Below are positions 51,497 through 59,240 of a stretch of DNA of 64,000 nucleotides, in pieces. Within the stretch, counting starts at the first letter, position 1; each line of letters starts with the position of its first letter. The stretch covers positions 864,001 through 928,000 of the forward strand of contig CAVOFT010000001.1 in the NCBI GenBank assembly GCA_963695095.1. Reading direction: 5' to 3'. The notes beneath the pieces were generated by a model. The model was not told where the DNA came from. It saw only the letters and a program-made list of their open reading frames with translations, and did no database searches. Origin of the DNA: an uncultured bacterium (GTDB lineage: Bacteria; Krumholzibacteriota; Krumholzibacteriia; JACNKJ01). A program made the position numbers and the translations under genes.

Positions 51497-52195
51497 CTAG
51501 TAGCCGGGCAGCGGCAGAAGGCGCAGCGCCGCGCCGACGCTGTGTTCGATCCAGAAGTAGAAGACGATGAACAGCACCAGCAGCACGCCGCCCGCGATGG
51601 CGGCCGCCCGCCAGGGCGCGGCGCCGGCGGTGGCGACGCTCGCCAGGCCGTCGCGCCGGAGGGCGCTGGGCGATAGCGCCGGCTCGGCCCCCGCGCGCGC
51701 ATAGCCCAGCTCGCCGGCCAGGGTGTCGCGCAAGCGCGCCAGCTCGGCCAGGCCGGTGACGCGGTACTGACCCTCGAAGCCCAGCGCCAGGCAGAGGTGG
51801 TAGATCTCGAGCAGCTCGCGCCGGCCCTCGCCCTGCCGGCGCAGCTCGGCCAGGTTCGTGAAGAAGCGCGTGCCCGCCGTGCGCTCGCCGTAGTAGTGGA
51901 GCTGCAGGGGGCGGTCCCGCCAGCGCTCGCGGTGCTGCCACTGCGAGTTGAGGATGGTCTCGTCGATGAAGGCCACGAGCGGGTACTTGGCGGCCTCCAG
52001 CACGTCGCGCGGAATGCGCGCGGCGATGCCCTCGCTCTCGATGCGGCCCAGGTAGTTCTGGATGCGATCGCGCAGGGCCGCCTCGTCGCCGTACTGCGAG
52101 CTCTGGCGCAGGGAGAGGATGAGGGCGAAGAGCTCGCCCGCCAGCTCCCTGGGGCTGCTGGCCTGCTGCTGGTCGCCGGGGGCGTTCGCGTGCAT
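51497..52195 (-). CDS. tssL: T6SS DotU/TssL (no OmpA domain)
   Basis: AKY.LVAFIDE.IL, W...PLQ..Y.GE..AG..FF, LEIY.LCL.LGFEG.Y, C-terminal TM. Confidence 0.95.
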   Translation of the reverse strand: MHANAPGDQQQASSPRELAGELFALILSLRQSSQYGDEAALRDRIQNYLGRIESEGIAARIPRDVLEAAKYPLVAFIDETILNSQWQHRERWRDRPLQLHYYGERTAGTRFFTNLAELRRQGEGRRELLEIYHLCLALGFEGQYRVTGLAELARLRDTLAGELGYARAGAEPALSPSALRRDGLASVATAGAAPWRAAAIAGGVLLVLFIVFYFWIEHSVGAALRLLPLPGY

Positions 52196-52207
52196 GGGCG
52201 CTCTCGC

Positions 52208-53560
52208 TTACTTGGTGACGATGAGTTCGTAGCTCATGGCCCTGAGGTCCGGGCTGCCGAGATAGATGGCCACCGACTTGGCCTTGCGCAGGGTCTCCCA
52301 GATGTCGCCCTGGGTGAGCAAGCGGAAGTAGCTGCGCCCGGCCTTGATGGGGAAATCGCGCGGCGGCTGGCTGACGAACTCCAGCCGGATGCCCGGCGTC
52401 GCGGTCTGGACGAGGAAGTCCACGTTGTCCGGCGTGCCGACGATGAGCTGCAGAGGCACGTCCTCGCGCAGGCGCGCCTCGCTGAGTTCGCCGATCAGGG
52501 CGAGGTACCACTGGCAGCTCGCGGCGAAGTGGCGGTCGTCCTTGATCTCCCCGATGAGCAGGCTCTCGTCGCGGGCCTTGAGCGGAATGCCGGTGAAACG
52601 CGTGGGCATCACCTTGCCCATCAGATCGAGGATGAGATCGCTGAGCCCGCGGAAGCAGCCGCCGAGGTCCTCGTGCTGGTAGGCGGGTACTTCGCGCGGA
52701 TGGCGGTCGACGCCGAAGGTGCAGAGCCCGCCGGCCAGGCCGGCCAGGCAGTCGTAGAGCGCGAGCGGGTGGCTCTGGGGCACGCGCTGGAAGTGGAGCA
52801 GGCGGGGCAGGTAGCTGTTCACGGTGTGCAGGAGCCAGAAGATGCCCACGTCCGAACTCGTGAAGTCCACGGACTCCGCGCTGCGGTGGCGGGTCTGTGC
52901 GGCGAGCTGACTGCTCTTGGCGTCCAGCACCTCGGCGATGCTGCGCAGGTAGCCGAGCAGGGGGCCGGCGGCCTCGAGGCTCGTGGCCGGTGGGGCGTAA
53001 TCGGCGCGGATCACCGGCCGGCCGGCCTCGCCGCGCTCGAGCACGGCGAGGGGCAGGGTGACCAGGCCGTCCGTGTTCTCGCCGCCGAAGACGAGGCGCA
53101 GGTTGCGCCGCGCGATGAGCAACTCGGTTTCCTGGCCGGGATCGTTGAGGTCGGGCAGGCGCCGCTCCTCGGCGACGAAGGGGCTGGCCACGCGGCTCTC
53201 GCTGCGGGGACTGCTCACCAGCGGCAGTCCCGGGCGCTCGGCCGGCAGCGCCAGGAAGACGGGCAGCTCGGGGCGCTCGGCGCCGAAGGCCTCGGCGAAG
53301 CTGCGCGGATCGGGGAGCGGGTCCACCTCGGGCGCGCGCAGCAGGCTGCCGTCGGGCAGCACCGCCTCGAGGGCGCGCAGGGCGAAGCGGCCGTTGATCA
53401 GCGCTTCCTCTTCGATCTGCAGGCGGCGCAGTCCCCAGGCGAAGGGCTGGGCCTCGGCCACCCAGCGCAGCTCGCCGTCCGCGTAGCGATCCCGCTGCTG
53501 GAAGTGCTGGGGGCCGAGAAACATGCCCTCGTTCCAGACGATGCGGTTGTACTTGCTCAC
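52208..53560 (-). CDS. tssK: T6SS baseplate subunit
   Basis: VWNEGMFL.PQHFQQ.DRY, WG...L.I, LPDG, Y.PP, HP..LY, Y.H.DL...F, PP..P......YF.L. Confidence 0.96.
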   Translation of the reverse strand: MSKYNRIVWNEGMFLGPQHFQQRDRYADGELRWVAEAQPFAWGLRRLQIEEEALINGRFALRALEAVLPDGSLLRAPEVDPLPDPRSFAEAFGAERPELPVFLALPAERPGLPLVSSPRSESRVASPFVAEERRLPDLNDPGQETELLIARRNLRLVFGGENTDGLVTLPLAVLERGEAGRPVIRADYAPPATSLEAAGPLLGYLRSIAEVLDAKSSQLAAQTRHRSAESVDFTSSDVGIFWLLHTVNSYLPRLLHFQRVPQSHPLALYDCLAGLAGGLCTFGVDRHPREVPAYQHEDLGGCFRGLSDLILDLMGKVMPTRFTGIPLKARDESLLIGEIKDDRHFAASCQWYLALIGELSEARLREDVPLQLIVGTPDNVDFLVQTATPGIRLEFVSQPPRDFPIKAGRSYFRLLTQGDIWETLRKAKSVAIYLGSPDLRAMSYELIVTK

Positions 53561-53577
53561 GCGGCGCTCCTTCTCGA

Positions 53578-54057
53578 CTAGTCGGTCACGGTCATGCAGT
53601 TCTTGCCCAGGGCGATGCCGATGCGGGCGCCGCCCTTCTCCAGCTCGATGCTGCGCTTCCAGCAGTTGCTCGACTGCTGGCAGAAGTCGGCGACGATGCC
53701 GATGGCGGTGGTCCCCTTCGCGCGGGGCAGCTTGAGCGAGAGCGTCTCGCCGGGGCGCAGGGTCTGCTCGATCACCTTCAGCTTGTCGTCGCCCAGGACC
53801 TTGAGATCGTTGTCGAAAAGCGCCGAGAACTCGGCGGCGCGGAATTGCTCCGCGGCGGCGAGGCTGTAGATGTAGAGCTTGACCGGGTGCGCGCCGCTCT
53901 CATCGCAGGTGTTGAGCTGCTCGGAGGCTTCGATGCGGATGCGGTCCACGGTGCCGCAGGAGCGCAAGAGGAGCTGGCGCGGGCAACAGCCGACGAGCAG
54001 GAGCATCAGGATCAGGGCAGCGCCGACGAGCAGGCGGCGGGCGGGTGGGCGGAGCAT
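53578..54057 (-). CDS. tssJ: T6SS outer-membrane lipoprotein
   Basis: Lipobox LVGC, A...LN......HPV....Y.L.....F..A.F..L, L.PGE, IGIVADF, W. First gene of tssJKLM. Confidence 0.88.
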   Translation of the reverse strand: MLRPPARRLLVGAALILMLLLVGCCPRQLLLRSCGTVDRIRIEASEQLNTCDESGAHPVKLYIYSLAAAEQFRAAEFSALFDNDLKVLGDDKLKVIEQTLRPGETLSLKLPRAKGTTAIGIVADFCQQSSNCWKRSIELEKGGARIGIALGKNCMTVTD

Positions 54058-54132
54058 GGGACCATCCTTGGCGAGGGAAGCGCGCGCCGGCAGCGGACCG
54101 GCCGGAGCCAGAATCGCGGAGCGATGGGCCGC

Positions 54133-54160
54133 AGTATAGCAGCGCGCCGGGGAGGGTCAA
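54133..54160 (-). promoter_or_regulatory. Putative promoter of tssJKLM
   Basis: Minus strand TTGACC(54160-55)-16 bp-TATACT(54138-33), with an extended -10 TGn. Confidence 0.6.
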
Positions 54161-54235
54161 CTGCCAAATGCCGGGGCTTCGGTCGGAAACCGTTTGGATT
54201 CATCCGGTTACGCCCTGGTGGCCGGAGGCAATCGG

Positions 54236-54264
54236 TTGACACCTCACAGGTCGGTTGCTAGACT
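54236..54264 (+). promoter_or_regulatory. Putative promoter of the FHA/kinase operon, divergent from tssJ
   Basis: TTGACA(54236-41)-17 bp-TAGACT(54259-64). Confidence 0.7.
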
Positions 54265-54311
54265 GCCGCGGCGCGCTAGGACGCTCCCTCAACGCGGAAG
54301 CGACTGACCCG

Positions 54312-55265
54312 ATGTTCTTCAAGAAGAAGCAGGACAAGATCAGGCGCTGCGCGGAGGGCCACATCCTCGACCCCTCCTGGACGCACTGCCCTTACTGCCA
54401 AGACCAGGCGGAGCCCGCCGCGGCCGTGCCGCCGGCCGCTCCGCCCCCACCGAGCTACAGCTCGGGCCCGGGCTTCGCGCCGCCGCCGGCTCACTCCCCG
54501 CCGCCGGCCCACGCCCAGCCCCCCGTCTATGCGCCGCCTCCCGGCCCGCCGCCGGGCGCGGCGCCTCCCGCGCAGCCGGGCGGGGGACTGGACGAGAACC
54601 TCGACAGGACCGTGGTGAATCCGCGGGTGGCGCCCCCGGCGGCGCCGCCGCCCGCGCCGGCGCCGCCCCCTCCCGAGCTGCTGGTGACAGCGCAGGCCGC
54701 CACCGACGAGGGCGAGGAGGATCCGGACATCACCCGGGTGCAGCGTCCAGGGTCCCCGGCCGCCGCGATCCCGCCGGCCGCCGCAGCCCCGCCGCCCGCC
54801 GCTTCGCCGCCACCGGCGCCTCCGACCGCCCCCGTGGCGGCCGCGGCGCCCCCCGCAGCGGCAGCGCCGCCGCCGTCCGCCCCGCTGCGCGAGCCCGCCG
54901 CCCTGCCGCCGATGGGCGCGGACGATGTCACCCGCATCCTGCCGCGCGCGAGCGGACCGCGCAGCCTCGTCGCCTGGCTGGTGGTGGTCGAGGGCGATTA
55001 TCGCGGTCGGGACTTTCGCTTGAGTGGCCCGCGTCTGCGTGTCGGCATCGCGCCCGACTGCGAGATCAGCCTGCCCGAGGAGTCCTACCTCTCACGGCAC
55101 CACGCGGAGCTGGAGCTGGTCGACGGTGACTACGTCCTGCGCGACCTCGCCTCGCGCAACGGCACCTTCGTCAACGGCGAGCGCGTGGAGAGCAGCACCC
55201 TGCGCGACGGCGACGCCGTCCGCCTGGGGCTGACGCACATGATCTATCGCACGCTGCTGATCTGA
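54312..55265 (+). CDS. FHA-domain protein with N-terminal zinc ribbon and Pro-rich linker
   Basis: RCAEGH......CPYC, long Pro/Ala linker. C-terminal FHA (WLVV.EG...G..F.L, SRHHA, DL.SRNGTFVNG, L.DGD.V.LG). Confidence 0.9.
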   Translation: MFFKKKQDKIRRCAEGHILDPSWTHCPYCQDQAEPAAAVPPAAPPPPSYSSGPGFAPPPAHSPPPAHAQPPVYAPPPGPPPGAAPPAQPGGGLDENLDRTVVNPRVAPPAAPPPAPAPPPPELLVTAQAATDEGEEDPDITRVQRPGSPAAAIPPAAAAPPPAASPPPAPPTAPVAAAAPPAAAAPPPSAPLREPAALPPMGADDVTRILPRASGPRSLVAWLVVVEGDYRGRDFRLSGPRLRVGIAPDCEISLPEESYLSRHHAELELVDGDYVLRDLASRNGTFVNGERVESSTLRDGDAVRLGLTHMIYRTLLI

Positions 55266-55267
55266 CG

Positions 55268-57112
55268 ATGAAACTCCCCTCCCTGCCGCGGCGCCGCAGA
55301 GCCGGTTCGTCGGGCCGCGGGCGGGGCGCCCTGCGCCTGGAGATCGCGACGGCAGCGGGGGAGCGGCTCCTCCTGCTGGCCCCGGGCGAGAGCGCCCGGG
55401 TGGGTCGCGCCGCCAACTGCGAGCTGCGCCTGGACGAGAGCTCGGTCAGCCGCCTGCACGCGCGCCTGGAGCCGGCGGGGGACGGCTGGCGCCTCGTAGA
55501 TGCGGGCAGCGCCAACGGCTGCTTCGTGGACGGCGAGCCGGTGACGAGCCGCGAGCTGGCCGACGGTGACGCGCTCGGCTTCGGCCGCGCGGCGCCGCTC
55601 ACCGTGCGCCTGCTCGCGCCTGCGCGCTCCGTCCAGGAGACCGTCCACGGCGCCGCCGCACCCCCGCCGCCCGCAGCTCTTTCCAGTCCGCGCCGCGGCC
55701 TCTTCGCCCGCCTGCCCGCCTGGCTCCAGTCCCTGGTGCTCTGGCGGCTGCGGCCGGCGGCGGGGCGCGGCCCCAGCCGCCTCGTGGGCCGCGAGCATCT
55801 GATCGTCGGCCGCGCCGAGAGCGCGGATCTGCGCCTGGACTCGCCGGAGGTTTCCGGGCTGCACGCGCGGCTGGAGCGAAAGGGCGGCGTGCTCCTGCTG
55901 CGGGACATGGACAGCGCCAACGGCACCCTGCACAAGGGCGAGCGGGTGCGCAAGGCGCGCCTCGTGCCGGGCGACCGGGTCAGCTTCGCCGACGCGGAGT
56001 ATCGGCTCGTCGGCAGCGCTCTGCCCTCCGCGCGCGGCTGGCTGCTCCTCGGCAGCCTGGCGGCCCTGCTCCTGCTCGTGGCCAGCGGCCGCCTGCTCCT
56101 CGAGAGCCGGCAGCAGGGCCAGCGCCTGTGGACGCGGGCCATGTACGAGGAGCAGGTGGAGAGCAGCCTGCGCGCGGCCGTGGCGGCTCTGGATCGCGAG
56201 CCGCCCACGCCGGCCCTCGCCATCGCCCAGTTCGACATCGCCATCCGTTCGCTGGTGGCCGCCGATCGCCTGGAGGATCCCGCCGACGAGGCGGCCCTGG
56301 CCGCGGCCCTGCGCGCGGCGGGGGGGCGCGTGGGCCGCAGCCTGGGCGGGCGGGACATCGTCCTCATCTATCGCAACCTGCACCGGCCACCGCCGCCGCC
56401 GCCGCCGGTTCCCAGCCCCGATGAGCTGGAGACGCGGGCGCCCTCGCCCTTCGTGCTCGTGGACGAGCTGACCCTGATCCTCGCCGAGTTCGGCATCGAT
56501 CCCCAGGAGAAGCCCATCCCGCCCGAGTTCCTGGCCGAGGTGCAGCGCTTCGTCACGCACTGGACGGGCCCCGAGCGGGCCTTCACCGAGCGCTCCCTGG
56601 CCCGCGCGCGGCCCCACCTGGCGATGATCCGCCGCCAGCTGCGCGCCGCCCAGCTGCCGGAGGTCTTCTGCTATCTGCCCTTCATCGAGAGCGGCTACCG
56701 CAACACGGCAGTGAGCACGGCCGGCGCCGGCGGCATGTGGCAGTTCATGCCCAAGACGGCCCGCCAGTACGGCCTGCGCGTGGACGAGCTGGTCGACGAG
56801 CGCACGGATCCCCAGAAGCTGACCGTGGCTGCCTGCCGCTATCTCAACGACCTGCTCAGCATGTTCGGCGCGAACTCCTTCATGTGCGCGCTCGCCTCCT
56901 ACAACAAGGGCGAGTACGGCATGCTCAACTGCCTGCGCGGCGTCAGCTGGCGCTCGAGCTGGAAGTTCTGGGACATCGTCGAAAAGGGCGACGGCTGCCT
57001 GAAGCAGGAGACCGTCGAGTACGTGCCGCGCTTCCTGGCGGCGGCGATCGTGGCCCGCCGCCCGGAGGCCTTCGGCATCGAGGTGCCCGCCGCGGACGAG
57101 GCGCTGCCGTGA
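55268..57112 (+). CDS. FHA-FHA-TM-lytic transglycosylase (MltD-like SLT) fusion
   Basis: Two FHA domains (VGR...VS..HA...SANG) and a TM. Then IESGY...A.S.AGA.G.WQFMP.TA..YGL..VDER.DP, A.ASYN.GE, ET..YVP. Confidence 0.9.
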   Translation: MKLPSLPRRRRAGSSGRGRGALRLEIATAAGERLLLLAPGESARVGRAANCELRLDESSVSRLHARLEPAGDGWRLVDAGSANGCFVDGEPVTSRELADGDALGFGRAAPLTVRLLAPARSVQETVHGAAAPPPPAALSSPRRGLFARLPAWLQSLVLWRLRPAAGRGPSRLVGREHLIVGRAESADLRLDSPEVSGLHARLERKGGVLLLRDMDSANGTLHKGERVRKARLVPGDRVSFADAEYRLVGSALPSARGWLLLGSLAALLLLVASGRLLLESRQQGQRLWTRAMYEEQVESSLRAAVAALDREPPTPALAIAQFDIAIRSLVAADRLEDPADEAALAAALRAAGGRVGRSLGGRDIVLIYRNLHRPPPPPPPVPSPDELETRAPSPFVLVDELTLILAEFGIDPQEKPIPPEFLAEVQRFVTHWTGPERAFTERSLARARPHLAMIRRQLRAAQLPEVFCYLPFIESGYRNTAVSTAGAGGMWQFMPKTARQYGLRVDELVDERTDPQKLTVAACRYLNDLLSMFGANSFMCALASYNKGEYGMLNCLRGVSWRSSWKFWDIVEKGDGCLKQETVEYVPRFLAAAIVARRPEAFGIEVPAADEALP

Positions 57113-58449
57113 GGGCGCTCCGCACGGGCCCTGGGCTGCCGGCGCTGGCCCTGCTCGCGGCGCTGGGGGCGGCCGTCCTCGCGGCGCGTCCGGCGCTCGC
57201 GGTGGAAGGTCAGCTCGAGCCGGGCATCGCCCTGCCGGGGGGCGAGGGCCTGCTGCCCATCGCCCTGCGCGACGCGGCCGGGGCGCCCTTCCTTGCCCGC
57301 GCCGACGAGCTGGCGCTGAGGGTGGGCGGGCGGCAGCTCGAATCCCTGTCGATGGGGGCCTTCGCCCCCGCACCGGGCGGCGAGCCCTGCCATCTGTCCC
57401 TGCTGCTGGACCTGCCCGCCCTGGATGAGGCGGCCCGCCGGGCCTGGGCCGAGCGCCTGGCGCGCTTCCTGGCGCCTGCGCCCGGGGTGACGCGGGCTCT
57501 GTCGGTGGCGGCGGCGGGGCAGGCGACCTGGGTGAAGCCGGGCGGGTCCGCGCCCACGGCGGCGGCCCTCGCCGAGCGCCTGGACGCCCAGGCGACGGCG
57601 GGCAAGCCCGAGCGGCTCTGGGACTCCCTGCTCGATGCGCTGGCGGCCCTGTCCAGCGCGGGCGGCCTGCCCCCGCGCCGGGTGCTCATCCTGGTCAGCG
57701 ACGGCCTCGAGGCCACGCCGAGCCGGCATCCGCTGGCCTCCTGCCTGGAGGCGGCCCAGCTCGCCCGGGTGCCGGTCTATGTGCTGGCCCTGCCGGTGGC
57801 GACGGCGGGCGGCGCGGCCGGTGGCCGCCGCCTCGCCGAGCTGGCCGCGGGCAGCGGCGGGCGCTTGCTGGTCGCCGAATCGGGCCGCGTCGAGGAGAAC
57901 TGGCAGGCGCTCATCGGCGGCGTGTCGGCCGTGCAGGCCCTGCGCTTCCGCGCGCCGGTCTCGCCGCGGCCGGAACCCCTGCAGCTGGAGATCGGCGGCG
58001 CCGGGGGCGGCCAGCTCACGGGCAGCCTGGCCCCGCGCACGCGCGTTGCGGCCGGGGCGGACTCGCGGCTCCTCTTTCTCCTCGCGCTGCCCCTGCTCGC
58101 AGTGGCAGGCGCAGTAATCGTTTGGCATCGCCGGCGTGGGGTGGGTAGACTGAGCTTCGTGGAGAACGGCATCCGCCGCGAGCGGGTGCTGCCGCATCGA
58201 GGCTTGAGCATCGGGTCCGATCCGGGAAGCGATCTGCTGGTGGCCCATCCGCACGTTTCCCGGCAGCACGCCGTGCTGCGGCTGCAGCGAGGGCAGGTTC
58301 TGCTCACGGACCTGCGCAGCACCAACGGCACGGCCGTCAACGGGCGGCCGGTGCGCAGCCAGGTGCTCCGTGACGGCGACCGGATCCTCCTGGGCGGCAG
58401 CGTGGAGATCGTCTTCGCGCGGCGCCGGGGACGGACGAGCACTCAGTGA
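57109..58449 (+). CDS. Signal peptide-VWA-like-TM-FHA membrane protein
   Basis: Signal peptide, 'LWDSL..AL', 'RVLILVSDG', 'VPVYVL', 'L.ELA..SGG'. TM, then FHA (VSRQHA, DL.STNGT.VNG). Confidence 0.8.
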   Translation: MRALRTGPGLPALALLAALGAAVLAARPALAVEGQLEPGIALPGGEGLLPIALRDAAGAPFLARADELALRVGGRQLESLSMGAFAPAPGGEPCHLSLLLDLPALDEAARRAWAERLARFLAPAPGVTRALSVAAAGQATWVKPGGSAPTAAALAERLDAQATAGKPERLWDSLLDALAALSSAGGLPPRRVLILVSDGLEATPSRHPLASCLEAAQLARVPVYVLALPVATAGGAAGGRRLAELAAGSGGRLLVAESGRVEENWQALIGGVSAVQALRFRAPVSPRPEPLQLEIGGAGGGQLTGSLAPRTRVAAGADSRLLFLLALPLLAVAGAVIVWHRRRGVGRLSFVENGIRRERVLPHRGLSIGSDPGSDLLVAHPHVSRQHAVLRLQRGQVLLTDLRSTNGTAVNGRPVRSQVLRDGDRILLGGSVEIVFARRRGRTSTQ

Positions 58450-59228
58450 AGGGGCCAGAGGTGGAGCGCAGCATTCCCACGGCCATCGGCGGCATCCAGC
58501 TCGTCCAGGCCCTGCTATCGGACATCGGCTGCCGCCGGAAGAAGAACGAGGACGCGCTCGGCTTCTACGTCAGCGAGACGCCGCCCGCCACCCAGCTCGC
58601 GGTGGTCTGCGACGGCGTCGGCGGCAACGCGGCGGGCGAAGTGGCCAGCCAGCTCGCGCTGGAGACCCTCGAGGCCAGCTTCTTCGGGGCCGGCAATCCG
58701 GACGACGTCGGCGGCGCCCTGCGCCGCGCCGTCGAGGCGGCCAACGCCGCCGTCCTGCACAAGGCGGGCCTGGACCCGCGCCTGGCGCACATGGCGACCA
58801 CCTGCACGGCGGCCGCCCTGCGCGGCGAGGAGCTGCGCATCGGCCACATCGGCGACTGCCGCGCCTATCGCATCGAGGGCGCCGTCATCCAGCAGCTCAC
58901 GCGCGACCACTCGGTGGCCGAGGAGTACGCGCAGCGGGGCGAGGCGCTGCCGGCCGACAAGCAGGGCCTGGCCAACGTGCTCACCCGTTGCCTGGGCCTG
59001 GAGCCGCGCATCGACGTGGACCTCAGCGAGCCGCTGCCCTTCCGGGAGGGGAACATCCTCGTGCTGTGCTCCGACGGCCTGACCAAGATGGTCACCCCCC
59101 AGGAGATTCTCTATCAGGCCTCCATGCAGGGCCCCGAGGACGCCTGCCAGCACTTGGTGGCATTGGCCCGCGAGCGGGGCGGCCCCGACAACATCAGCGT
59201 GCAGGTGATCCGCTACCGCCGCCACTAG
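58446..59228 (+). CDS. PP2C-family Ser/Thr phosphatase (PppA/Stp1-like)
   Basis: SDIG..R.KNED, VCDGVGG, HIGD.R.Y, LTRDHS, LCSDGL, GGPDNIS. Confidence 0.95.
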   Translation: MKGPEVERSIPTAIGGIQLVQALLSDIGCRRKKNEDALGFYVSETPPATQLAVVCDGVGGNAAGEVASQLALETLEASFFGAGNPDDVGGALRRAVEAANAAVLHKAGLDPRLAHMATTCTAAALRGEELRIGHIGDCRAYRIEGAVIQQLTRDHSVAEEYAQRGEALPADKQGLANVLTRCLGLEPRIDVDLSEPLPFREGNILVLCSDGLTKMVTPQEILYQASMQGPEDACQHLVALARERGGPDNISVQVIRYRRH

Positions 59229-59240
59229 GCAGGAGAAGCG

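Noticed and set aside
54420..54900. Tandem DNA repeat in CCG-rich stretches
   Set aside because: Explained by Pro/Ala-rich protein linkers; no fixed repeat unit.
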